Origin: a virus
DNA: 64,000 nt
Strand: one strand, 5' to 3'
IMG/VR virus record: IMGVR_UViG_3300035210_000189
Coordinates: 64,001 to 128,000 of that record
Shown one piece after another: positions 36,315-45,487 of the stretch (position 1 is the first letter of the stretch; every line of letters begins with the position of its first letter). The position numbers were made by a program, and so were the translations under genes. The notes beneath the pieces were generated by a model. The model saw nothing but the letters and a program-made list of their open reading frames with translations, was not told the DNA's origin and ran no database searches.

Positions 36315-37531
36315 ATGTTGTTGAAAGAATCCCCCTTCCTTCAGGTAGGGGATGAATTTCAACCATGCTCTTGACTTTTGTTATTTTCTCAATATAATCA
36401 ACCACATGATTAAAACATTCCAATATAAAATTAAAACTGGGAAGATTAATTCTTCCGATTGTCGCTGGCTTTCTCAAAAAGCCAGTTCCATTAACTATAT
36501 CTGGAATTATTGCAACGATGCCCAAAAGCATAAACTTAAATGGGACAGTCAAAAAAAGTGGTTAAGTGGTTTTGATCTTAGTTCCATGTGCGGTGGTGTA
36601 TCAAAAGAAATTGGCTTACATTCACAAACAGTCCAAGCTGTTTGTGAAGAGTATGCCAATAAACGCAAAGCAAAGAAAAAAGCCTATTTACGTTATCGTA
36701 GTTATAAAAAATCACTGGGTTGGATTCCTTTTAAAACAACGGGAATTAAGTTTGATCCTGATAATCAATCTTTTACCTATCAAAAACGTGAGTTTAAAGT
36801 GTGGTATAGGCGTGAGATTCCGGCTGATACCAAGATTAAAAGTGGTAGTTTCTGCCAAGATAATTTAGGCCATTGGTACATCAACATCGTTGTTGATATA
36901 CCCGAGGTTAAACGCACTCAAAAACCGACTGCAGAAGTGGGTATTGACCTTGGCTTAAAAGATTTAGCTGTTCTTTCGGATGGGAAAGTCATTCCTATCT
37001 TCAAATACTATCGAAAAAACGAGAAAAGACTTGGATTGGCTCAACGAGCCAATAAGAAAGGTCAAGTTAAAAAAATACACAAGAAAATTGCTAATTCACG
37101 AAAAGATTCAGCGTTTAAAATCGCTAATGATCTTGTGAAAAATTACGCTTTAATTGTGGTAGGAAACGTGAGTCCATCAAAACTTGGTAAAACCAAAATG
37201 GCTAAGTCAGTTTATGATGCAGGTTGGACACTTCTAAAAAAGCAGGTTGAGTATTTAGCGATTACGCACCAATCCGTATTTTTAGAAGTGAATGAAAGTT
37301 TTACAACCCAAGCTTGTTCGTCTTGTGGAAATAGGACGGGGCCGAAAGGCTTAAAAGATCTTGGAATAAGAGAATGGAAATGCCCAGTATGCAATACTGT
37401 TCATGACAGAGATGTAAACTCTGCGAAAAACATTCTCCGTATCGGACATGATACGCTAGAAGTAGGAATCCCCTTCCTTACCGCCTAACGGCGGCAAACA
37501 TTTTTAATGTTTGAGGTGGGGAGGATGTCAA
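36315..37531 (+). mobile_element. tnpB-only IS200/IS605-family element (IS1341-like)
   Basis: Matching subterminal hairpins GAATCCCC..TTCCTT..AGGT.GGG; right end finishes in TCAA; no tnpA; left junction uncertain (36315-36327). Confidence 0.85.
36406..37488 (+). CDS. tnpB: RNA-guided endonuclease TnpB
   Basis: GIDLGLK (RuvC-I), CSSC/CPVC zinc finger, HDRDVNSAKNI (RuvC-III); promoter TTGACT-16 nt-TATAAT just upstream. Confidence 0.93.
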   Translation: MIKTFQYKIKTGKINSSDCRWLSQKASSINYIWNYCNDAQKHKLKWDSQKKWLSGFDLSSMCGGVSKEIGLHSQTVQAVCEEYANKRKAKKKAYLRYRSYKKSLGWIPFKTTGIKFDPDNQSFTYQKREFKVWYRREIPADTKIKSGSFCQDNLGHWYINIVVDIPEVKRTQKPTAEVGIDLGLKDLAVLSDGKVIPIFKYYRKNEKRLGLAQRANKKGQVKKIHKKIANSRKDSAFKIANDLVKNYALIVVGNVSPSKLGKTKMAKSVYDAGWTLLKKQVEYLAITHQSVFLEVNESFTTQACSSCGNRTGPKGLKDLGIREWKCPVCNTVHDRDVNSAKNILRIGHDTLEVGIPFLTA

Positions 37532-37625
37532 AAGCTGTATTCATGTATTCTTCATTTTCAAAGATCTCATATTCAACAATTCGACCTTTATCATTCTTTA
37601 CAGGTTTAATTTTAAGAGTTCTCAT
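37532..37625 (-). pseudogene. 5' part of the interrupted gene (MRTLKIKPVK...)
   Basis: GGGAG RBS and ATG at 37625, reading into the element. Confidence 0.65.
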
Positions 37626-37626
37626 T

Positions 37627-38166
37627 TCACTGCTCCCATTTTTTATTATCAGAAATTTTTTCTTGAATTTCTTGAACTTCTTTGATTGTAAGATCTTTTG
37701 AGTTAATCTCAACCTTCAACATGGAGTGTAGTTTTAACAAAGACTCATTAACAGCTAAAAACAAAATGCTGTTACTGATAAGATCTTTGTCTACTTGTCC
37801 ACAAATGAAGGGATCATTCGTTTTAAATTGTTTAAACCATTTATTTTCAAAATAACTAAATGATATTGACAATTCTTTTGTGTCTTTATAGAGATGTTGG
37901 AGTTCGTCTTCAAAAAGACTGTAATCTAATTTAAAAACAGTATCATTCATTGAGCAAATAGGTAATTCAAGATTAGATACAAGCATTCTAGCCACTTCTT
38001 TTGCAAGCATTAAGCTGTTAGTACTTTTTGAATTAATGAAGTTCATCAAATGAGAAGATGCTTCGTTTTTTATTTCAATGGCATTTATTATTTCATGTAT
38101 TCCGCGAATATCAAAAAAGACAGCTCCAATTTGTTGAATCAAAAAGTTGTATGTTTTTTGTGTCAT
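37627..38166 (-). CDS. Hypothetical protein
   Basis: Promoter upstream; long ORF. Confidence 0.65.
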   Translation of the reverse strand: MTQKTYNFLIQQIGAVFFDIRGIHEIINAIEIKNEASSHLMNFINSKSTNSLMLAKEVARMLVSNLELPICSMNDTVFKLDYSLFEDELQHLYKDTKELSISFSYFENKWFKQFKTNDPFICGQVDKDLISNSILFLAVNESLLKLHSMLKVEINSKDLTIKEVQEIQEKISDNKKWEQ

Positions 38167-38358
38167 GGTTATTTCCATTGCGATGAAATGTATGGCTATT
38201 ATACAGTGTGTACACTCCTTTTGCACGAAAAATTCGTCAACATATTAATGAAAATTGTATAAAAGCTATTCGCCTATACTTTATACTTGTTTTTTCTTTC
38301 TGGTGGTTGAAAAACTTAATTTTTATGATAATTTATTCATTTCAAATGAGGATTTTTT

Positions 38359-38721
38359 ATGGCTTTGATTTTATACAGTAACGGTGAAGCTTCATTCATC
38401 AAAAAAAGTATTAACCCAGAATATTTTGAAGACGATGGCAGATTAAATCTTGTATTCCTTCAAGCGACTCTTGAAGCAGAAGACATTAACACAATCTTTA
38501 TAGATGACCCAGAAACTGTGTTGACTATTGGTGAAGGTGATATGGAGGGCCATTACACGATGTTTCTTTTTGATAATGAAGCTGACTTCAAATTCCTACC
38601 TGTTAATCAGTTCATGACCGATGTAGCCTTGCAAGTGGGTATGATTCCACCTGACACTGACATTAAAGGTACTGTTATCTGTTTAGAGATTGATGAACTG
38701 GGAATTCCACTACCTTTATAA
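38359..38721 (+). CDS. Acidic hypothetical protein, pair E (1/2)
   Basis: MAL.....G; DNEAD.K.L.VN shared with 38790. Confidence 0.75.
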   Translation: MALILYSNGEASFIKKSINPEYFEDDGRLNLVFLQATLEAEDINTIFIDDPETVLTIGEGDMEGHYTMFLFDNEADFKFLPVNQFMTDVALQVGMIPPDTDIKGTVICLEIDELGIPLPL

Positions 38722-38789
38722 TTTGACTAACATTTGTTGAATTTCCATTATGTTATGTTATTATTTAAGTAACAACATGGAGTTGAACA

Positions 38790-39134
38790 ATGGCTTTAGT
38801 CATTTTTGAAGACGGCACAGCGAATAGTGCCAATGCAGTAGAACAACCAGAATTTTATGATGAACTTGGTAGACCTAATCAAATGTTCATGCAAAGTATT
38901 TTAGAAACATCGAATATTGGTGCCTTATTTTTTGAAGACCCAGAAGCTGTTATTAATTATCAAGGTGAATCTTATTCATTACTTTTGATAGATAATGAAG
39001 CTGATGTTAAAGGCTTACGTGTCAATAAGTTTGCCACTGATATAGCTATTAGAGTTGGATTAATAGAAAAAGATGAGGTTATATTAGGTTCAGTTATGTT
39101 TGTAGCCGTTACAGAATTAGGTCCAATGGAGTAA
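38790..39134 (+). CDS. Acidic hypothetical protein, pair E (2/2)
   Basis: Tandem paralog of 38359. Confidence 0.75.
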   Translation: MALVIFEDGTANSANAVEQPEFYDELGRPNQMFMQSILETSNIGALFFEDPEAVINYQGESYSLLLIDNEADVKGLRVNKFATDIAIRVGLIEKDEVILGSVMFVAVTELGPME

Positions 39135-39155
39135 TTTTTTTTATAGGAGATGTAT

Positions 39156-39410
39156 ATGAGTGTGTTTAAAATTGAAGCAGATGGTAAGATGCATGTGTTT
39201 AATTTAGTAAAGTTTAATATGTATGACAATCGTGGTAATGGATATGTTTTACATACTGATAATTCAGATCAGTTGGCTGTCTTATCTGTTGGACAAAATA
39301 TTGATAAATTAGATATTCAAGAAGGAGCTGGACAAGTTGCCAGAAACCTTATGGTAAAAGAAATAAATGATAAGACATTGACACTTGTACACCACTACTT
39401 TGTAAAATAA
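39156..39410 (+). CDS. Hypothetical protein
   Basis: AGGAG RBS. Confidence 0.6.
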   Translation: MSVFKIEADGKMHVFNLVKFNMYDNRGNGYVLHTDNSDQLAVLSVGQNIDKLDIQEGAGQVARNLMVKEINDKTLTLVHHYFVK

Positions 39411-39529
39411 TAACAATAAAGATATATAAATAAAAAGGCCATCTGGTCTTTTTTCTTTTGTCATTAGCACTAATTGACATGCAATAGAAGTGTATTATAA
39501 TGTTATTACAACAACTACCGTAACCTATT

Positions 39530-40069
39530 ATGGACACTAAACAACTCTTTTTATTTGCTCTTATTGGCGTCTTACCTATATCATCTTTTGCTGATTATAG
39601 AATGAATGTTAAATTTTCCGATCCTAGCTCTATTTCGTTTGGAGCAGTGTCCAATCCCGGTGAAGGAACTCCTGAAGAGCCACCAACAGATCCAGAAGAC
39701 AGTTGCCCCACTAATTTTCCACAGCCAACAATGGCTAGTGGTTTTCCATCTATTGTAAAAAGTGGAGCAAACGTTTCATATAGTGTTCAAGTTACATCAG
39801 CCGGTGGATATTCAACGTATGCAGAAATAACAGGTGGAGAACGATTTGTTAAAATGTTAACAACATCTGTTAGTGGTGTTGATTATGGTAATGGTGCTCT
39901 TTATGCTGGCACAACGCAAGGTTGGTTAGTTAAGACAGGTCAAACTATTAATGTGGTTGTGACCCCAATAGCTTATGATATGCAAGAAGGGACGCCTTGT
40001 CCAATTACTGGAACACCTTTTACATTGATTAATAAGACACATGCCCAACTTTATTCAGAAGCACAATAA
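39530..40069 (+). CDS. Secreted protein, 'ADY' family (3/3)
   Basis: Signal ending SFA|DYR; SISF followed by a Pro-rich linker. Confidence 0.7.
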   Translation: MDTKQLFLFALIGVLPISSFADYRMNVKFSDPSSISFGAVSNPGEGTPEEPPTDPEDSCPTNFPQPTMASGFPSIVKSGANVSYSVQVTSAGGYSTYAEITGGERFVKMLTTSVSGVDYGNGALYAGTTQGWLVKTGQTINVVVTPIAYDMQEGTPCPITGTPFTLINKTHAQLYSEAQ

Positions 40070-40181
40070 TTCAAATGACTACAATTAAGAACCTTTCAAG
40101 GTTCTTTTTTGTTAAGTTGATAGCCTTTTATTTGTGTGTGTGTTATAATGCCATCACATAAACAGACAATGAGCACTTAAA

Positions 40182-40517
40182 ATGATGAACCTTACGCTTA
40201 GTTTCGACCAACAACGTAAACGCTTTGAACGTCACCACAAAAAAATCTCGCCTATTGCTTGCGATTATACTTGGGAAGATGATGGTTTTGCGGATGCCAA
40301 TATTAATACTGTTTTTCTTGGTTGGGCAATGGCAGTTACTGCTCATAATCAAGACGAAGTTGATTTGAGCTATGATCCTACTGATGGTTGGCGGATTGTT
40401 TCATCCATGAGTGGTTTTACTGTTCGCTCTCCACAATTCAAACCTTATACAACATTGGATCAGGCTGTGGAATGGGTGAAAGAACAAGGTCTGTTGATTG
40501 TCAATATTGATGACTAA
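40182..40517 (+). CDS. Hypothetical protein
   Basis: Promoter and terminator. Confidence 0.65.
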   Translation: MMNLTLSFDQQRKRFERHHKKISPIACDYTWEDDGFADANINTVFLGWAMAVTAHNQDEVDLSYDPTDGWRIVSSMSGFTVRSPQFKPYTTLDQAVEWVKEQGLLIVNIDD

Positions 40518-40572
40518 TTCAATCTTCTAATTGTAGACAATAAAAAACCCGGCTAATGCTGGGTTTTATTTT

Positions 40573-41082
40573 CTATTTAATATTCCATTTTTCTCTGCAA
40601 ACATGCCTTATTCTTTCAATCTCATCTAGGAACCATTGATAATCAGTAGCTAGGTAGATCTTGTATTTACCATTCTTCCCATACCAGTTAAAGTGAATAA
40701 ATGGTAATGTTGAGTGAACCAATAAGTTGAGAAGATCTTTGTTTTGTCTAAGTTTGCATCTTAAACCTTCCAAGATATCTTCAACTTCTTCAGCAGTCAA
40801 TCCTGTTGTTCTTGGATTCAACTTATCCAGTTCATCACCGCGTGTCTTAGCTTCATATCCATACAGCGAACGCAATTCATCATATTGCTGACCAGACCAA
40901 ACCCATGCCCAGTAGCCTTCCATTGATTCGAAATGACCATGTTTGGGATGATTGAATGGATGGTGTGAAAAATTGCTTAATGACTTCCCCAGTTTTGTCT
41001 TTCCTTTGGAAGCTGCATTGATGAATAGAATGCCATCATTATCTGGCGAAATATCTTCTTCGTTTAAAATAGTCAATGTCAT
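40573..41082 (-). CDS. NADAR/T4 gp30.3-like protein
   Basis: LSNF..HPF.....HFESMEGYW, G..AK..G and K.RQN..L..LL pattern. Confidence 0.55.
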   Translation of the reverse strand: MTLTILNEEDISPDNDGILFINAASKGKTKLGKSLSNFSHHPFNHPKHGHFESMEGYWAWVWSGQQYDELRSLYGYEAKTRGDELDKLNPRTTGLTAEEVEDILEGLRCKLRQNKDLLNLLVHSTLPFIHFNWYGKNGKYKIYLATDYQWFLDEIERIRHVCREKWNIK

Positions 41083-41158
41083 TGTTAATAACTCCTAATC
41101 GCTTTACTAACAATAACACAGATTTTATTCTTTTCAATTTTGAAAGGTGAGGTCAGAC

Positions 41159-41605
41159 TTATTTTTGTGTGGTGTCTTTTTGAGTTTTCGCTTCAAATTT
41201 TTTGAATTTATTGATGGCTACATTCATTTCATCTTCAAGCTTCTTACGTTTTTGTTCATCAATGATGTGTTGATCAAGTTTTAATTTTGGTCTTTCATTG
41301 AGATCTTGAATACAATCGGTAATCCAAGGGATGAATACACCATGTCTGACAGCCTTAATAGACTTCCAAATGAACACTAAGGTCATTACACCTGCACCAA
41401 CGCAACCCAATGTAAACAGCACCATAGATGCAAGGAAGTAGAGTGGAAAAAAGAAAGCAGACTCAGCCACAAAGCTGATACGGATAATGAATTGGAGCAT
41501 GAAGCCAATCACCATCATTGCCATTGACAGACAGAAGACAGTGCTTTTGACTGAATTGTCTACTAACATCCATTCCGGTATTTTTGATTTCAGGTCTATG
41601 CTCAT
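41159..41605 (-). CDS. Membrane protein (2 TM segments)
   Basis: GAGG RBS; hydrophobic segments. Confidence 0.65.
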   Translation of the reverse strand: MSIDLKSKIPEWMLVDNSVKSTVFCLSMAMMVIGFMLQFIIRISFVAESAFFFPLYFLASMVLFTLGCVGAGVMTLVFIWKSIKAVRHGVFIPWITDCIQDLNERPKLKLDQHIIDEQKRKKLEDEMNVAINKFKKFEAKTQKDTTQK

Positions 41606-41676
41606 TTTTCGATCCTCGTTAAATACTGCAATTGTATCAAATATAAACACTTATTGCAATAGATTATAACAATGTA

Positions 41677-42189
41677 TTATATCACTAACATGTTGGCTAG
41701 AGTTAACCTTTGATTGAAATCAACACTGTTGAAATCATACACACCAATAACATCTAGTTCTGGTAGCAGATCTCGAATGTCTTGTCCTTCTGGTTGTTTT
41801 GAACGCATATAAATATTTAACAAATTCTTATCAACACTTGGATAAAAATGACTGGTATATCCATTTCCGTCTCTTACATAATGATAAATGACCTTAGACA
41901 GTTCCAAATGATTTTCGTGCTTTACATCAGCATAAAAAATCCATAACACGTCACCATTTAACTTGTTGTAAAAAGAAAATCGTAAGCTTTTAAATTTTCC
42001 ATTATCAAAAAGAGCATCACAGTCCCTAGACATACCATCAAAAGACAGTTTTAATTTAATGGTATTAAAATTCATTGTTTCTTTTAAAGGCATACCATTA
42101 GCATCCTGTTCGCACAGGACTTCAAAATAACCGGGAAGTCCCCATTTATTTTTATCTTCAAAATCAGTGAGTGTAAATTTTTCGTACAT
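41677..42189 (-). CDS. Hypothetical protein, family F
   Basis: C-terminal LLPE....GVYDF.S..F.QR..LANM..I. Confidence 0.75.
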   Translation of the reverse strand: MYEKFTLTDFEDKNKWGLPGYFEVLCEQDANGMPLKETMNFNTIKLKLSFDGMSRDCDALFDNGKFKSLRFSFYNKLNGDVLWIFYADVKHENHLELSKVIYHYVRDGNGYTSHFYPSVDKNLLNIYMRSKQPEGQDIRDLLPELDVIGVYDFNSVDFNQRLTLANMLVI

Positions 42190-42710
42190 TAGATTAATAC
42201 CATATTAGCGAGGGACACTCGTTGTTTAAAAGATTCACTGGTAAAGTCATAGACTCCTGTGATGTGTATTTCTGGTAAAAGTTCTTCCATGACTTCTTTA
42301 TGGCCTGTATGTCTTGCCATTAGCACCTTAATGAGATCTTCTTCCAAAATAGCTCCTAGTCTATGTCTATCACCTTCATGATGACGCCTTCCTGTTTTAC
42401 TGTAAACAAAAGACGTTCTCACGAAGTTTAGATCTTGATCAAAGAGAATGCTGAGATTTTTTGTGAAGTTTTTATTATGAAAAGAAAAGTGAAGTCTTTT
42501 AAGTTCAAACTCATCAGAAAATGAAGCACTGCAGACTTCATTCAAACCATTAAAAGATAAACCTGTTTTAATATCAAGATTTTTTATTTCTTTATGTTTG
42601 GTATAAATATCAAATTTTTCTTTCGCCAATGACACAAGACGAATAACCAGTCCCGTTTTATTGACGGTCAGGAAATTTGAAATAACGGGAGCATTTACCA
42701 TAGATAACAC
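42189..42710 (-). CDS. Hypothetical protein, family F
   Basis: Same C-terminal block. Confidence 0.75.
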   Translation of the reverse strand: MLSMVNAPVISNFLTVNKTGLVIRLVSLAKEKFDIYTKHKEIKNLDIKTGLSFNGLNEVCSASFSDEFELKRLHFSFHNKNFTKNLSILFDQDLNFVRTSFVYSKTGRRHHEGDRHRLGAILEEDLIKVLMARHTGHKEVMEELLPEIHITGVYDFTSESFKQRVSLANMVLI

Positions 42711-42757
42711 CTTTTAATAGTAATCGTCAGTTTATCACAATTAAGCAAAGATAATCA

Positions 42758-42894
42758 AGCATTATCAATAGACCGTCAGTTGATTTCACCTATGATAAGA
42801 ATATCCGTGCAGTCTTCATTGAGCATTATCAATAGACCGTCGGTTGATTTCACCTATAATAAGAATATCCGTACAGTCTTCATTGAGCATTATC
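42758..42894. repeat. 64-bp tandem direct repeat (2 copies plus 9 bp)
   Basis: Units start at 42758, 42822 and 42886; three substitutions between the full copies. Confidence 0.95.
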
Positions 42895-42960
42895 TTTAAA
42901 TAAGTCTTGTGGTGGATTGATAAAAGCATTATAATGAGCCATCTTAAATTATGAAGGATA

Positions 42961-43515
42961 ATGAAAATGCCCCCTGTTATGAAGCTTAAAAAAGATGACC
43001 TATTCGTTGTGACCACTGACATTGCTGGTTCGGCTATCAAGGCTGGTCATATTGTATTTGTCCATAAAGGTGGTGCTAATCCGATTATGGCACGCTTCGA
43101 TGAGGTTACTAGTAAAACGGTTTCTTACAAGAAAGAAGCCACTGCACACTTCATGAAATACCTTCGTCCAGCGACAGCCGCTGACATCAAGGGCGATTTT
43201 GCTGATTGTGTCATTTTGAAGAATGATGAACATGAAACCCATCGTGGTGTTGCTTTCAATACCGTAGTAGGAATTAATAAAAAACCTGTCTTTGCTATTG
43301 CTAACACAGGTGTGGGCGGTATGACGACTGTTGAGCTTCATGATACAGACAAAGCCACAGAAATCATGGAAAAGTTTCGTCAACTGTTGAATGCACATTC
43401 GACGACTGGCAAAGATGACTTGGATGAATTCGTTTACGAAGGCTTTGTAAACTTCCTTATGCATGACAGCAAAATCATGAATGTCGAAACTTACGTCAAG
43501 TATCGTTACACCTGA
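42961..43515 (+). CDS. Hypothetical protein
   Basis: AAGGA RBS; terminator. Confidence 0.7.
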   Translation: MKMPPVMKLKKDDLFVVTTDIAGSAIKAGHIVFVHKGGANPIMARFDEVTSKTVSYKKEATAHFMKYLRPATAADIKGDFADCVILKNDEHETHRGVAFNTVVGINKKPVFAIANTGVGGMTTVELHDTDKATEIMEKFRQLLNAHSTTGKDDLDEFVYEGFVNFLMHDSKIMNVETYVKYRYT

Positions 43516-43684
43516 TAATCGGCTATTATTCTGCCAAAAAATAGGATGTCTACGGATGTCCTTTTTTTCATCAACCACATAAATCCGTTTTAGCCACATA
43601 CCATGATGTTATATTATCTTAACTTTTCGTTGATCTATATCAATAAATAGTGTATAATTCTAATATCATTAAGGTGCCTAAATT

Positions 43685-44683
43685 ATGCATAGCTTCCATT
43701 CTCATCACTCTCACGACGAACATGCCCACGACACGGTGAACGTGGCAAACCATGATCATTGTCCTAGTCTCCACATTCATGAAATCAATAAGCAAAAATC
43801 CAGTGGCCGCAAAAAGCTTGCCATTATTATGGGTATTACCTTTGCTTTTGCGATTGTTGAAATGATTGGTGGTTGGTTTTCTGGTTCATTGGCTTTGATT
43901 TCTGACGCATTCCATATGTTAACCGACTCATCTTCACTGATGTTGGCTTTAATTATGGCAATTCTTGCCCAAAAGCCCGCCGATGATAGATATTCCTATG
44001 GACATGGACGTTGGGAGATTATCGGGGCATTACTGAATGGTTTATTCATGATTGCAGTGATTGTCTTCTTGGTCTATGAAGGCATTGAACGTATTATTAA
44101 TCCAAGGCCCGTTGAATCGACTACCATTATTTGGATTGCTTCCATTGGATTGGCTATCAATATCTTTGCAGCATGGTTATTGCACTCACACAGCCACTCA
44201 TTAAACACCCGAGGTGCCTTTCTCCATGTGCTTGGTGATTTACTGGGTAGCGTTGCCGCTATTGCTGCAGGTGTAATTATTTATTTCACTGGCATGACCG
44301 TCTTTGACCCGATTATTTCTATTGTGGTTGCTCTTATTTTGGTTGTTCCTACTTACAACTTGTTGAAACAAACAGCCAGAATTATCTTAGAAGGCGTGCC
44401 AGAACATATTGATTATGTCGAAGTTGGTAAAAATTTGAATGAAATTCCTAATGTTATCTCTGTCCATGACCTCCATATTTGGTCTATGACTTCTGAACAT
44501 ATCTCATTGTCTGCACACGTTGAAATTTCTAGCATGAATGAATGGGAAACAGTATTAGCTGATATTCAATTGATGTTATCTGAGAAGTTTCAGATTAATC
44601 ACATAACCTTACAACCCGAAGTACATAAAGAAGATTTAGAAAACAATCATGATGAAGTTGACGAACATCATCACGCTCATTAA
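43685..44683 (+). CDS. CDF-family Zn/Co/Cd efflux transporter (ZitB/CzcD-like)
   Basis: SLALISDAFHMLTD, YSYG.GR.E, FLHVLGD, VHDLHIW, HITLQPE; His-rich termini. Confidence 0.95.
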   Translation: MHSFHSHHSHDEHAHDTVNVANHDHCPSLHIHEINKQKSSGRKKLAIIMGITFAFAIVEMIGGWFSGSLALISDAFHMLTDSSSLMLALIMAILAQKPADDRYSYGHGRWEIIGALLNGLFMIAVIVFLVYEGIERIINPRPVESTTIIWIASIGLAINIFAAWLLHSHSHSLNTRGAFLHVLGDLLGSVAAIAAGVIIYFTGMTVFDPIISIVVALILVVPTYNLLKQTARIILEGVPEHIDYVEVGKNLNEIPNVISVHDLHIWSMTSEHISLSAHVEISSMNEWETVLADIQLMLSEKFQINHITLQPEVHKEDLENNHDEVDEHHHAH

Positions 44684-44748
44684 ATAACGCTTTTAACTGT
44701 CCGTTTTTTGTGATATAATCGCTGTATTATCAATAACGGACTTTTAAC

Positions 44749-45027
44749 ATGAACCTTTTGAAATACTTGTTTGACTGGAACAACCACCCAATCCGCATTC
44801 TTTATGTTCTCATTCCCATTGTTATCCTTAAATTTGGCTATTTACTGGCCTATTCCATTGCACAGATTAATGTAAATAACGATTGGCTTCCACTGTCAGT
44901 GACCATACTTGGTTTTATTATTCTGACGGTTTGTGTATGGCCTCTATTTAAGATTATTCGTGATAAGGAAGCCGAAAACAAATTAAAAGAACAGCATAAA
45001 AAAGATGAAAATGATCAAAAAAATTGA
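44749..45027 (+). CDS. Small membrane protein (2 TM segments)
   Basis: Two hydrophobic segments, charged tail. Confidence 0.65.
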   Translation: MNLLKYLFDWNNHPIRILYVLIPIVILKFGYLLAYSIAQINVNNDWLPLSVTILGFIILTVCVWPLFKIIRDKEAENKLKEQHKKDENDQKN

Positions 45028-45120
45028 CCTTTTTATTTTTAATTGATATACTAACTACCTAAATTAAACAGATAGATCTGTTTAACAATTAACAGCCTGC
45101 AACATCTTGGAGTTTATTAA

Positions 45121-45453
45121 ATGACTAACGCTACTATTAAAATTGATAACAAAGAAATATCTACACTGGCGGCAGAATGGCTTGATGCTATTGAAACCAT
45201 TCCAAACGAAAGTATTTATTCAAAAATGAAAGTTCGTGAAGAGTCCATGAATTTGTGGAATATGTTCCGCAACAACTGTGATGTGCTGGTTAATGGCGAT
45301 GTTTCCATTGTTGTGACCGAAGTTGACATCATGCAAAAATCGAAGGCGTATGCGGTGTTTGTTCACTCTCTGCCAGAAAACATTCGAGAGTTGTTTAATA
45401 GCAAGTTTGAAAACTTTTGGGACGCTGTTTGCACCCATATGGTTCTAAAATAA
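45121..45453 (+). CDS. Hypothetical protein
   Basis: GGAG RBS. Confidence 0.7.
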   Translation: MTNATIKIDNKEISTLAAEWLDAIETIPNESIYSKMKVREESMNLWNMFRNNCDVLVNGDVSIVVTEVDIMQKSKAYAVFVHSLPENIRELFNSKFENFWDAVCTHMVLK

Positions 45454-45487
45454 AATAGAACTCGAAAAAAAAGCCTCTTCGGAGGCT

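Noticed and set aside
36315-37531. IStron (group I intron-IS hybrid)
   Set aside because: No room for an intron core at the left end, and the host gene is on the opposite strand.
42758-42894. CRISPR array
   Set aside because: Contiguous 64-bp units with no unique spacers and no cas genes.
43605-43620. Zur box upstream of the CDF transporter
   Set aside because: Only one half-site (ATGTTATA) matches in very AT-rich DNA.
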